Positions 1 to 11,162 of a DNA stretch of 64,000 nucleotides are shown piece by piece; within the stretch, counting starts at the first letter, position 1; each line of letters starts with the position of its first letter. The notes below the pieces were generated by a model. The model did no database searches. It was given only the letters and a program-made list of their open reading frames with translations, and had not been told where the DNA came from. The stretch covers positions 7,440,001 through 7,504,000 of the forward strand of contig CP110439.1 of NCBI GenBank assembly GCA_026914245.1. Direction: 5' to 3'. Position numbers and translations under genes: made by a program. The stretch is from Puccinia triticina (taxonomy: Eukaryota).

Positions 1-527
1 GAAACAACCACGACTTGTAATTGCGATCGTCGAGGTATAAGGGGATTTTTCTTGAAGCCATTATTGAGTCTTGATACGAAGGTGGGATTGAGTGCGAGAG
101 GATGAGGTTGTTGGTTTGGAGTGGAGAGAGGATGATGGAACCCGGTCGTTGCCAAGAGACTGTTTGAGTGAGTTCGAGAGGACAAGGTCTTGTGAGTGCG
201 GAACGCAAGACTGTTAATCGTGAAGAATTTTGGACTCGGAGCCAATGGGAAGAGCGAAAAACAAGCCTGAGGAAGAAAGCTCGAGGCGGAAACACAAAAC
301 AAGGAAGCCCTCAAAGAGGGCTAGGCTGCTAGCTTGTGAGAGGGAAAAATGCTCTCACTACAAGAGACTCAAGGGTCTCAGGGAAAAGGCGCAGGAACTG
401 ATGATCTTTCATTCCTAGTCTGACTTGATATTTAAGCTCTTTACAAATGTGGGATCTGGAGGAGAAGGGATGAGTAACAGATGGGTGACAGGGGAGAGAA
501 AAGAGACAGAGACGTGAAATTCCAACA
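1..527 (-). mobile_element. Probable LTR of a second retroelement inserted into the RT of the Copia element (runs off the window)
   Basis: The Copia RT frame (...QQPSLIRKLLDMD) switches abruptly at 527 to pyrimidine-rich non-RT sequence starting TGTTGG on the minus strand, a typical LTR start. The other end and TSD are not visible. Confidence 0.5.
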
Positions 528-2483
528 CATCCATGTCCAGTAACTTCCTGATCAGAGACGGTTGCTGAAGCTGGAAACCCCCTTCTGTCTGACGAATCTG
601 TATCCCCACCATGGATGAGAGCGCCTCATCCCACTTGAGCGTGAGTGAACTCGAAAGATCCACCGTCAGTCGCGCCATCAGTCCATCCGAGCTTGCCACC
701 AGGAGTCCATTGTCCACATGAATCCACAAAAACGCCGTGTCCCTGCCGTTCTTGTACGTGTATGTGCTCTGATCCTGTGGGTTAGATTCGAAACCTATCT
801 TCTTCAGTGCTGATTTCAGATGCAACCACCAGCAGCGCCCGGCCTGCTTAGTCCCGTATAACGCCTTTTTAAGCTTCCAAACTTTCCCCGGCGTTACTGG
901 ATATCCCGGAGGCGGCACCACCCAAACGTCCTCGTCAATTTCACTGTGCAGGAACGCGGTCTTCACGTCGAACAAGGCTACCGGCCACTTGTACTTTGCC
1001 GCAACCGTAAGCGCCGTTCTCATTGAGGCAAACGTGGGCGTAGGCGCGAAAGTTTCATCGTAATTTAATTTCCTTATTTGCTTGTGGCCGCCCACAATTA
1101 TCTGGGATTTTCTACGACGGATTTTGCCCTGCATCGTCCGCTTGGTACCAAGAAGCCACCTCAAGCGCAACAGTCTCTTCTTGTCCGCCGGGGGATCATC
1201 CTCCATTGCCACCCCTAGCTCCTCCAACGGCTGTCGCTCCTCGTCCATGGCTCCCCGCCACTCCTCGGCCTCCGGCGAATCAACGGCTTCCTTGTAGGAT
1301 GGTGAATCCCCGCCGTACGGGTCCCTCGCCTCCAGCGCCGCCATCACCGCATCCTGTAGATCCAGCTCATCGCCCAGCTTAAAATCCCCAAGCCTGGCGC
1401 ACTCCATCGCCGCCAAGTCCGCGCCATCACCTTCTTCCCCGCAAGCTTCATCTTGCACGACAACCAGCTTATCCTCCTCAAATTGTACCGACGCCGCGAC
1501 AGAGACCTTCCTTGTCTTCTCGTCCCACAGCACCCATCCCTTCGAGTCCAGCGCCACCCCGATGTGCCTCACCTTCGACGAATACGGCACTATTTGCTTT
1601 TGATGACTGTGATCGTACATGTAAGCCACACAGCTGAACACTTTCAGCATCGCCAACAAAGGCTTCACGCCCAAGACTCTTTCGATTGGTGTCATGTCCC
1701 GCCCTCGGTGGACCAGCCTGTTGAATATGAAAGCTGCTTGGCGGAACGCGCAAGACCAGAGATATCTTGGTAATTGCTTGGTATGAATTAATGACCTTGC
1801 CATTTCCGCCCAAGTCTTGTTCACCCGCTCAATCGCCTCGTTCTGATGATTTTTGTGAGGAACCGCCTTCTCATGCACAATCCCTTCGGCCGCCAAGAAC
1901 TCGGCCATCGCACCACTCTTCACAAATTCGAGCGCATTATCTGTCCTCAGCCTTTTCACTTTCCACTTTGACAAGTTGTTAAGCTTTTGGACCCAGTTGA
2001 TAACCTCCTGTGTCACATCACCCTTTGCCTTGATAGGAATTGCTGAGACCATCTGAGACTCCAGATCTTGGATTGAAAGAACATACTTGAACTTATCCAG
2101 AGACACATCGTACGGCTCAATCAGATCCGCAGCTACCACATCGCCAGGCTCCTTGCAAATGTTCCTGGAGGGAGTATTTACCGGCAAATGAGATGCCTTC
2201 ATCATTGCACACGTGTCGCAGCTCCTGTTAGGAGAAACTTCAAACGCCGGCACATCTAGTACTGCTCCCCTCCTCACGGATCCCTTGAGCATTCTGAGAG
2301 ACAAATGCCCAATCCTTTCATGCACTATCGAACTCTCAACCGTCATTGCAGCTACCTTGGGCCCACGTGATGAACAACGCAGAAAAAACCTGTCATTCAT
2401 TTCATAAGAGGGAAACATGACACCATTTTGCACCAAGGCATACCGCTCCCCGTCCCACTTCACATTGCCGTCCAAGCGCCTAA
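528..2483 (-). pseudogene. Copia pol fragment (integrase plus partial reverse transcriptase)
   Basis: Central part of ORF 415..2562. Removing the 2484-3898 insert and one TAA rejoins ...LSLGKF|RRLDG... in frame with the protease region at 3902-4118. Confidence 0.9.
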
Positions 2484-2590
2484 CACCAGGAAAAAAAATA
2501 GTCACTTGATGACAAGTGACATCATGCCAGCTCCAGCGGGCTACCCACCATCTACCCACCATCTAACCACTTTCAGAATTTCCACAGGAG

Positions 2591-2783
2591 TAAGGATGGC
2601 TAATGGGCGGGCTTTCCAATGGGCCACCTGCGGGCTCCAATTGCGCCAATCAATTTTTTTGATCATGAACCAGACAAGACAGCCTCTGGGGTTCTAGACT
2701 ATTTACTTAGATGAGAGGCCTTTTCAAGAAATAGCTCAAACCCCTTGTTTTGATGTTGCCAGGCTGCCCATTAGCCATCCTTA
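2591..2783. mobile_element. 193-bp hAT-type MITE
   Basis: 18-bp TIR TAAGGATGGCTAATGGGC; 8-bp TSD CACAGGAG (2583-2590 / 2784-2791). The empty site, with a single CACAGGAG on the minus strand, is present in the host's second copy near 52596-52603. Confidence 0.95.
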
Positions 2784-3099
2784 CACAGGAGATCCTCAGT
2801 TTTCACTGGGAACCACTGATCCCCATTTCTGGTCAGCTGATACTCAGCTTTAGCTCCAAGCTTATGCTCAGCTTTGTTGCCCAGCTCATGCTCAGCTTTG
2901 TTGCCCAAATCAGAACCAGTCCTGGCCCAGCTGCGTTTCAGCTTTATTCCACTCATGGCTCATCTTAGACTCATACTAGGACTATCATTGGCCCAGCCAA
3001 TGCTCAGCTTGACCAGTATTGGCTCAGCTGATTTTCAGCTTTAGATAAATCTTGGCCCAGCCAATGCTCAGATTCTGAGTCTGACCACTCCTGTAACAG

Positions 3100-3720
3100 C
3101 TTATGCTCATCTGTGGACCAGCCTTGGCTCAGCTGATGCTCAGCTGTGGACCAACCTTGGCTAAGACAATGCTCAGCTGTGGACCAGCCTTGTCTCAGCT
3201 GATGCTCAGCTGTGGACCAGCCTTGGCTGAGCTGATGCTCAGCTGTGGACCAGCATTGGCTCAGCTGATGCTCAGCTGTGGACCAGCCTTGGCTCAGCTG
3301 ATTCTCAGCTGTGGAACAGCCTTGGCTCAGGTGATATTAATCTTTTGAATAGTCTCAAAACATCTGATACTCAGCTTTGGAACAGCCTTGGCTCAGCCAA
3401 TGCTCAGCTTTGTACCAGCATTGGCTCAGCTGATGCTCAGCTTTTGAAAAGTTTTGGCCCAGCTGGTGTTAATCTTTGGAACAGTATTTTCCCAGCTGAT
3501 CCTAAGCTCTGCACAAGCCTTTTCCAAGATGATGCTCAGCTTTGGACCATTGTTGGCTAAGCTGATGCTCAGATTTGGAATATTCTTGGTCCAGCTGACA
3601 CTTGGATTTGTATCAGGCTTGGAATATACAATGCTCAGCTGTGGCCCAGGCTCAGCCAATGATCAGCTTTGGCCCAGGCTCAGTCAATGCCTACTGCTCA
3701 GCTTATGATGAGCATCAGCT
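3100..3720. repeat. 33-bp tandem repeat (GCTCAGCTGATGCTCAGCTGTGGACCAGCCTTG) inside the CACCAGG element
   Basis: Near-perfect units at 3105-3330, degenerating outward; rich in CAGCTG palindromes; mirrored at about 51660-52280. Confidence 0.9.
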
Positions 3721-5857
3721 GTTCCTGGGAAAAAATTAGGATCAGCTGACTGTGCCACATTGAGTGCTCTGGTGCAGTCCTGCAAGCTCTACAAGTGCTG
3801 GTGGAGCAGACTTGGAGCAGCGCTGGAGTAGCTCTGGAGCAGAAACCAAAGCTGCATCATGTCACTTGCCATCAAGTGACTATTTTTTTTTCCTGGTGTA
3901 AACTTCCCCAGTGAGAGTATCGTTCCGTTGATCCTCGGACAATACAAGACATTCGATATCTTCAATTTTCCAAACGCTGTCGGAAGTTCCAAGTAGCCCA
4001 TCTCCCTCACGGGAAAGCAATCTGGGGAGGCAACAATAAGAGACATGGACACTGGACGCATAGCTGTGAACAGACGGACATCATTGCTAACGCTGTCCGT
4101 TGCGCCAGAGTCTAACAAGACCCCTTCACCCCCCGCCAGCTACCGCTTGACTGAAGCCACCGTTGCACTTCCCTTTCCTTGCAATGCTGGGTGGCATGTT
4201 GTCGTCTTCTTCAGCTTGACGTTTGGGTTTAACAATTGCGGATCCCCAACCGGTGGCCTGCCCTCTTTCTTCAATGGGCAGTCGTTAATCCAATGGCCCC
4301 ATTTGTAGCAGTATCAACAAGGATTCTTCTCCGTCAGAACCCTTTTCGCCCACCCGCCATTGACTTGGACTGATCACTCGACCCCCTTGAACCTGATCCA
4401 GAAACGGCCGCTCCGCTTGTCGACCAATACGCAAAGACCAAAGACTGTTGTGGGACTACACTAGTGTTCATCCGCCCCGCGATTTCCAGAATGGTCCTCA
4501 AGGAGATCATCACCTTTGGATTCACCACTATCCTCGCATCCAAAGTGTTTGCAATGCCTTGAAAATGTGGGTGGCATCTCTGGTGTATCAACAGAGCCAG
4601 CACCAAATCTTTGCTGATGTTACCCACTCTCTTCTCAATCTCGTCCAGGCACGTCTGCATCTCCGAATAGGCATTGTTCAAATCCAAGGAGATATTGCTT
4701 GGGTCACTGGCCTTGGCCCATCGGGACATAATGTATGTCCAAGATACGTTTGCAAACCTAGCTTGCAGCGTCGCGTACGCCACTCTTCCAGTCTTGCCAC
4801 GAACTGTTGACACAAGCGAAGGGTGCACGCTGTTCCCCACTAGTACCCCGGTGAGTGCCGCCCGATCTTCGTCGTCATCTCTCCCAGATGCCGATAAATA
4901 CTCCGCTGACTCAAACACCCGAGTGACAGTGGCCTTCAACGACATCTCCCAATCCGGAAAATTCACACCGTCCTCAGCCAAATGCGGTTTGATTGCCTTC
5001 CCAAGCTTCTGGTACTTCGCGAGAGCATCCGCCAGCGCAACCGTCCGATCCGTTCCCGATTTCGCCTCTATCTTTGGTTCCATCGGCCTGCTGATGTTCT
5101 GCAGCAACACGGCCAACTGATCGATTGAAATAAATTGCGGCGCCGCAGGCCCTGGTTCCGGGCCCTTTCCTTTGTCCTTTGCTTGTCCTTTGGGCATTTC
5201 TATCTCATCTTGACTTGCAGAAACCGAGTTTGGTAGTGGAGTGTGTATTGCCGCGTAAGGAGGAGAATTGAGCAGTCTTCTGTGTGGAGAAGAATTTGAT
5301 GGGGGTAACGGCGCAATCAGGCGATCCTGTTTCTTCGTCCCGGTCTGAGATTTGGACCTGATCGGAGCTGGCTTGTCAAATCTCTTGCCCGACCTTGTTC
5401 CACGCGGCAAGTCCGGTATCTGAAAGTAAGACAGGGTGCCGGATGCTCACGAATGTGGCGTGTAGTTCACCACAATAACCCTTGGAGGTGCACACGTAGA
5501 CCGACTTACTTGAGCAGTATTAGCTGCCCAACGCTTCACAAAAAATCCTTAGACGTCCTGAGTCAAAATTGGGACCGTCCAGCCAAGTTAGAAGCAGTAA
5601 AAAACGTCCTGAGTCGGAATCGGGATCCTGAACGAGTTTATTTGTAGTTCCGAGTTGAAATCGGATCACGAAAGTGGTTCTTGAGGGGTTCGAAAGGCAG
5701 AATTCCTATTTGCACCGGCTCATAACCAGTAGAGCAAGATGTTGGTTCAGAACTAAGATTTCAAATTCCCCCGGGGGGCGAACCCCCCTACAAACTGTTG
5801 ACTATGTACAAGACTTGTTGTGTAACCCCTACATGCCGCGCTGGTCTTCAGCTGACA

Positions 5858-7018
5858 AATAAGTATTACTCACTGACTGACTACTCACCAATTTACAGAA
5901 TAGCCATGGGTGAGTCTTTTCAGTGAACACAATTTTGTTTCATGAGACCAGTTTAGAAACTAATCAACATTTTTTTTCTAAACTTCAAGTGCTGCATCCA
6001 TCTTTTACAGATGAATACTTTAAGCTGGCCAAATGGCCTCAGGCGTGGATTGACAAAGCAATTGATCTGACTTGTGAGATGTATAATACTTGGTATAAGC
6101 CAAGAGAACCGCCTGCAGCCCCAAAACCACCAAAAAAAGGACCTCCAAAGGTAAATTATATTCCTCAATCATATTCACGGGTTGAGTCCGCTCACTGACT
6201 CTTCCTACAGCCATCTGGTGTATTGGCAGGGCTCGGGGATGCTGCAGTAGCCAGATCAACAGAAGCATCATTGGACCCCGTGGATATATGGCTCAGTGGT
6301 GGCCTCTTTTTGGATGATGGGGAGCCAATTAACAGACTTGCTTGGTGGGCAGAGCAGAAAAGAAGTGGAAATACACACCGCGGCCTCTTACAAATGGCGC
6401 TGGATTTTTTGTCTTGCCCAGGTAAGTCTTGCTTGCTCAATTATCACACCAACAATCAATCCAACACCCTTTTGATCCTTGCTTATGTATAGCAACAACG
6501 GTGGATGTGGAGCGGACGTTCAACTTTGGCCGCGAGTATGTCTCTGCGAGGAGACACAAACTCCACCCAAAATCAGTAGGTCGAGGTATGGCCTTGTCGT
6601 TCTACTCAAAGAACAACAAGATTCCGCCTCTCACTCTTCACCATTACTTAGAAAAACACCAGAATAGGTTGAAGTCAACAAAGAAGGGAACTGTGCTGAC
6701 ACTGACAGTGGAATGATGTGCTGTCAGCACAGTTATTTTATATGTCAATACATGTTTTATCTCATTCTTTAGCATGTTTTGAGGCGCGGGTATCTGCAGA
6801 CACCCGCGCCGCGGTTATCTTTTTTTTTTTTCTGTTATTCAAATGAATATTTTGTGTCTTGAGTACCTTTTGAGGGGCGGGTATCCAAAGATACCCGCGC
6901 GGGTATCCGCCCAGGTGCGCGGGTACCCGCTGTCGGATGCAGATGCCAGGAAATGGCTGAAATCGACTGCGGGTATCCGAACACGGGCGGGTACCCGGAT
7001 GTGTGGCGCCCATCTCTA
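5858..7018 (+). mobile_element. Right-hand part of an autonomous-type hAT DNA transposon
   Basis: Clustered CGGGTA/TACCCG subterminal motifs at 6785-7000 and a terminus ...GCCCATCTCTA at 7018 (TAGAGATGGGC on minus), typical of hAT ends; follows the transposase exons. Confidence 0.8.
5898..6716 (+). pseudogene. 3' exons of a hAT transposase (C-terminal dimerisation domain)
   Basis: Spliced reading RIAM|VLHPSFTDEYFKLAKWP...|...LAWW...LLQMALDFLSCP|ATTVDVERTFNFGREYVSARRHKLHPKSV, matching the hAT dimerisation motif; GT..AG introns. The 5' part is displaced by the Copia insertion. Confidence 0.85.
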
Positions 7019-7365
7019 GTAAAGCCCCACACTCCCTGCGGGTTTCACAAGGCCTCACGGGCCATGTCACATGATAGTGACTATAGTCCAGCCATCACCC
7101 TGCCCCCCCTAGCCTGGCAGAGGACCGGACCGCTATCTCTCTCCACCTGGCTAGGTGAGTTGTGTATTTCTCTCTCTCTTCTCTTTTCTGACTCTCTGCT
7201 TGTACCTAGACTAACAGAGAGAACTGGAACACTATCTCTCTCCGCCTGGCTAGCCCTGAAATATATAGCCCCCAATGATGTTGGTTCTAGAACGTCCCAG
7301 GCCTTGTGCCTTGTCCCACTGCACCACTCAGCCTCCAAACAGTGAAGGGTCTCCTGACCCTTACA
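7019..7365. mobile_element. Possible LTR remnant
   Basis: Starts GTAAAG right after the hAT end and ends CCTTACA; contains an internal direct repeat CTATCTCTCTCC.CCTGGCTAG and a TATA-like ATATATAG. No TSD can be verified. Confidence 0.3.
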
Positions 7366-7805
7366 CTCTTGTATGCAATATTTTCCCCATCACCAATCTC
7401 AACACCTCTGAATACAAAAATATTATTCAAATCTTCACTCATAATATCCCTCAATTAGCCCCCGGTATAGTTACCAAGTTACTATCACACCACACTGCAG
7501 AAGAATATATTTTGGAGAATTTTGGTCGCAAAACTTGCAGCAACACATTCCTGCAATGTGGAGCACTCCACTGGGAATTAGAACAAAACATTGCCAACAT
7601 TTGAAGTCTCCGGGACACATTACAAAAAGTGTACTCATTGTAAAAATATTCAGCACAACTGTTCTTGTGGTTTGCTATACACTTTATTAATGTGACAGCT
7701 ATTATGTGTCTGATCAGGTACATTACTGTGGTAGAGTCAAGAAATTGTAGCGGTAATGGCATTCCGTGCGTCAATGTTGCAAAGGTTGCAAGTTTTGCGG
7801 ACATT

Positions 7806-7938
7806 AGGACGGTTCACATAGGGATTTTTTAACCCTGCTGATGTTATAAATCAGCAAGCCTTCCTAGCCAAATTGGCTGGGACTGTGGGATAAACTTTAT
7901 TTTGGTCTTGCTGATTTCGGCCCTACGTGAACCGTCCT
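7806..7938. mobile_element. About 133-bp MITE
   Basis: TIR AGGACGGTTCAC(A/G)TAGGG, 17/18 match; flanks fit an ATT TSD, or a TA TSD if the ends are one base shorter. Confidence 0.75.
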
Positions 7939-8432
7939 ATTAACTGGTTTTCCTTTGATTATCTGTTGAGTTCAGTCTAAGTTCCTGCGGCGCAGCCGCA
8001 ATTTCCCTATAAGTGAATGCATAAATTCATAAAACTTTGTTTGCAGGGGATCTCACCAATCTGCTAATCTTTGGCTTTCCTATCCAAAGAATTTTTATGA
8101 ATTTATGATTTACGCATTTATGCATGCATGAATTCCAACTTTGAAACCCATAACTGCCGCGTGGTCGACATAGCCCGTGAGTCCCTCCTTCGGAGGTCGC
8201 TTCGCTCCCCCGAGGAGGGAATTAGCTAATTTAGTAGGATACCCACCTCTTGGTAGTGTTTCGTACTTCCCATGTCGGGCTTGTGGGTGTCAGGAAGAGC
8301 CTTGGACTTCAGGATGATCATACATGCAGAGAAATAAATTCGTATCAGGAGGTTGCTTCACTCGGGGCGCGTAACCCACGCCGACACGCCCCAAGATTGT
8401 TGATTACATTTTGCTAGCGAAACTTGGACGAC

Positions 8433-9881
8433 ATGCGATTCTATTTCCTTCAACAGATCTATTGTATGCTTCTCTTGACCGACCACGCTTCTGTGCTCGC
8501 CACTTTGTACCCAGCAGGTGAAAGCATTCCTAGAATACCTTTCGATTTAAACGAGTTCCCGCCGGATGCATCTCCTACCACGCCCCGATTCGGCCCCTTA
8601 CAATCGACCCCTGATGCTTCGAAGAAAGATTCTGTTGCACAAAGCGACCAGGTGGGACTGCATTCGTCGACCTCCACATCAAAGATCTTTCCGGTGAATG
8701 ATCGTTCGACTAATCCCCTCAAGCGGAAGAATGTTGATGCTAGTATAGAACAAGGACAACCGATGGCGCCGATTGACTTGGATCAAAGACAAAAGACTAG
8801 TATAAAATACCAAAATAACTGGCTAGTCGAGAATCCGAGTCAACCGGAAGGTATGACAGCTACCACCGCCAAATTGCAACAAAAAGAAAAGCAAAAAATT
8901 GAAAACTTCAAGAATAGGCAGAATGATCCATGTAGGGAAATCAGGCTCAGCCGACTCGAAGAGAATGAAAGAAAACATGTACCGTTCGATGTTCAGGACT
9001 GGAGTTTTGTCAAAAAAAAATCAAACACGCAAACTGATGAGGAATCACAGGGCGCGTTCAAGGAAAACTACGTTGTGAATCTATTCCAAGTCATGAGAGA
9101 AATAAAAAGGGAAATTGAGATAGACCTCTTCAAAAAAGAGCGTCATCAAACCAGTAATGAATATTTCTGGATCCCCAAAGAGTATGCGCCCAAATTTATT
9201 ACCCTGTTTAGAAGGGTATCAAAATCAAGAATTCCCTATCCAGACCCAACAATCTTACCAGATACAGCAAGAAATTCACTGAGGTTGAAAACCATCTTAA
9301 TACTGTCAGATGAGAAACTTGATATTGAAGCATACACGGTTTTCTCAAAGGAGATAGCAGAATACATGTCCCTAAAGCTTCATAACAACTTACAGATGGC
9401 TCCCAACAGATGGAAATCAGATAATCAAATTTCATCAAGAATTCAAATAATAACACAACTAACAAAATGTGCCACTTTTCTGCACATAGTCTCTAGTTCT
9501 CTTTTCAATGAACACAAAAATGGAAAATTGACAAAAGGTTACATTGAAGATTTTCTGCTTCTCCTCAGCAATTTCTGGAAAGAGCTTGAAAGTGGTTCAG
9601 ATGATATTCTCAAGTATAATTTTTCCCGGAAACTGTATGATATGCTGCACTTCAAGCGTGGTTGGGGGGGTATGTTCACTCCATCTAATGTCCTGGGGCA
9701 CGCCTGGCACATCATTAGATACTGCACAAACAAAAGGAACAGTTTTTTTCCACTTGACTCAGATGGTCTCACAGAGATTATATACAAAATAATTTTTTAT
9801 TCAAACTATAAATTTGTTCTCACTGAAGCCCAAAAGAACATGGCAGCAACAGAAGCAAAGAAAATTAAGCAAAAAATGTGA
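8433..9881 (+). CDS. Intronless lineage-specific protein (about 482 aa), candidate secreted effector with a DLNxxP EAR-like motif and basic NLS-like patches
   Basis: Long uninterrupted ORF; first ATG at 8433; hydrophobic N-terminus MRFYFLQQIYCMLLLTDHASVLA; FDLNEFP (D at 8544); PLKRK and C-terminal KKIKQKM. Confidence 0.8.
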   Translation: MRFYFLQQIYCMLLLTDHASVLATLYPAGESIPRIPFDLNEFPPDASPTTPRFGPLQSTPDASKKDSVAQSDQVGLHSSTSTSKIFPVNDRSTNPLKRKNVDASIEQGQPMAPIDLDQRQKTSIKYQNNWLVENPSQPEGMTATTAKLQQKEKQKIENFKNRQNDPCREIRLSRLEENERKHVPFDVQDWSFVKKKSNTQTDEESQGAFKENYVVNLFQVMREIKREIEIDLFKKERHQTSNEYFWIPKEYAPKFITLFRRVSKSRIPYPDPTILPDTARNSLRLKTILILSDEKLDIEAYTVFSKEIAEYMSLKLHNNLQMAPNRWKSDNQISSRIQIITQLTKCATFLHIVSSSLFNEHKNGKLTKGYIEDFLLLLSNFWKELESGSDDILKYNFSRKLYDMLHFKRGWGGMFTPSNVLGHAWHIIRYCTNKRNSFFPLDSDGLTEIIYKIIFYSNYKFVLTEAQKNMAATEAKKIKQKM

Positions 9882-11162
9882 TGTGATAGGTGCCCAATTA
9901 TGTCTTAGCTGATTCCATTCATCCTTGATCAGTAGTATTTTCAGGCTTCAAAGAACACCATGATTTCAGCATATCCAAACACAAACAAAGAGAGCTAAGG
10001 GGAGAAAATAAACCAAAAAATGAAATTAATGATGGTTAATGACAGGATTGACCTACATACACACAAAAGTGAAGAAAAGGTGTAAGATGGAATTGAGATG
10101 ATGAGTGAAAAATTGAGAACATAAGAGAGCTCTAATAAATGTGGATGTATCAATGGGATTACATAAATCACGTATGTATAAGAGGTAGTCAGACAGGCCC
10201 TTGAAATTCACATTCATAGATTTCTTTATCCTGTACCAGCTTTCAATTATAGGCGGGTTTGGAAGGCCAGACACTGCAACAAAAACTCACGCAACTGACA
10301 CTAGTTGACATGCAAGAGCTCCAAAGAAGCTTGCGGTGCTACAAAAGCCTTTGTCAAAGGTTGCTGTTCACCAAGCTTCAATGCACAGTCACTGTGCAAA
10401 AAGACCCGTTGAATTCTTGGCCAACACTCAACGGCTATTACGGGAGAATCTTGCATTTCAACTGGTGCCAGTTGCATAAGGGTTTCTTGCAGTGAGAGGG
10501 GTACAATAGGGTACGATTTTGTTGGCAAGGAGTGCGGGAGAGTCGGAGTCCGATTGAAAGCTTTCATCAGGCATGGAGGCGCAGGCTTAAACCGGATCAA
10601 AGAGTCTAGACGGAGGGCGAGTTAAGCTCGCCTCGCCTGTCGCATTGCCACTTGGGAAGCATCTTCGGATCGTCGGATACAAAAGGTGAAACCTGATGTC
10701 CAAAACGAAAGTCGATGTGAAAACCATTGGCAGAATTGGTGTCCATCCGGGGCTTCCGTAGGGACTCAAAATGAAGAAAGTCGAAAAGCGAACAGCCTGG
10801 AGATGTGCCGGTATTGACGCAAATCGCACATGAGGGGCCAGGCCGGGTCTTCAGAGACACCCGCGACCCATGGACATATGATGCTCTTATGTATGAGCCG
10901 GGAAAATCTACAACATGGTGCCAAATGGCCATATTCATGTTTGATGGCTGATACACATGTACCAATGAGCAACGGGGGTTGGAAGTAGCTTGAAACAAGT
11001 TGGAGTCTGGACCCACTGCCTATGGGAGCTCCTGGAGGTCAAATCAGCTTTCTCCAAAACAAGAGGAAGCCTTGGAGATAAAATTGCCCCTACCCCGTCC
11101 TGTCTCTACATCAACCATCCGGTCTAATCATTCTGCTTTTCCTCACTCTTTAGCAACGCAGC

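Larger units (their letters stand above)
2484..3898. mobile_element. Non-autonomous TIR DNA transposon, CACTA/EnSpm-like (CACCAGG ends), copy 1
   Basis: About 40-bp TIR CACCAGGAAAAAAAAATAGTCACTTGATG.CAAGTGACAT; 3-bp TSD TAA (2481-2483 / 3899-3901); internal 33-bp tandem repeats; second copy at 51488-52725. Confidence 0.92.
528..5857 (-). mobile_element. Ty1/Copia LTR retrotransposon (Copia-1), degenerate and interrupted
   Basis: gag ORF 4334-5410; zinc knuckle C*YCYKWGHWINDCP near 4275-4320 contains a stop; protease LDSGATD near 4100; GAG-pre-integrase HERIGH..CDTC; integrase (RLRTDN, E..N); RT (DVKTAFLH, LYGTKQAGR, IHVDN). PBS GGTTATGAGCC at 5717-5727. Putative 5' LTR 5728 to about 5857 (starts TGTCAG on minus); that boundary is inferred. 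Confidence 0.93.

Noticed and set aside
415..2562. Intact 715-aa gene
   Set aside because: It is a chimeric ORF: it starts inside the CACCAGG TIR and ends in a probable inserted LTR; only 528-2483 is Copia pol.
3103..3708. Repeat protein (LMLSCGPALAQ)n, also at 51677-52282
   Set aside because: It is a by-product of a 33-bp DNA repeat within a non-autonomous TE; the ORFs are short and shift frame.
2481..3901. PIF/Harbinger assignment from the TAA TSD
   Set aside because: The second copy has a CAC TSD, and the termini start CAC, which fits CMC/CACTA better.
10250..11020. Possible small gene(s)
   Set aside because: No recognisable motif, signal peptide or consistent exon structure.
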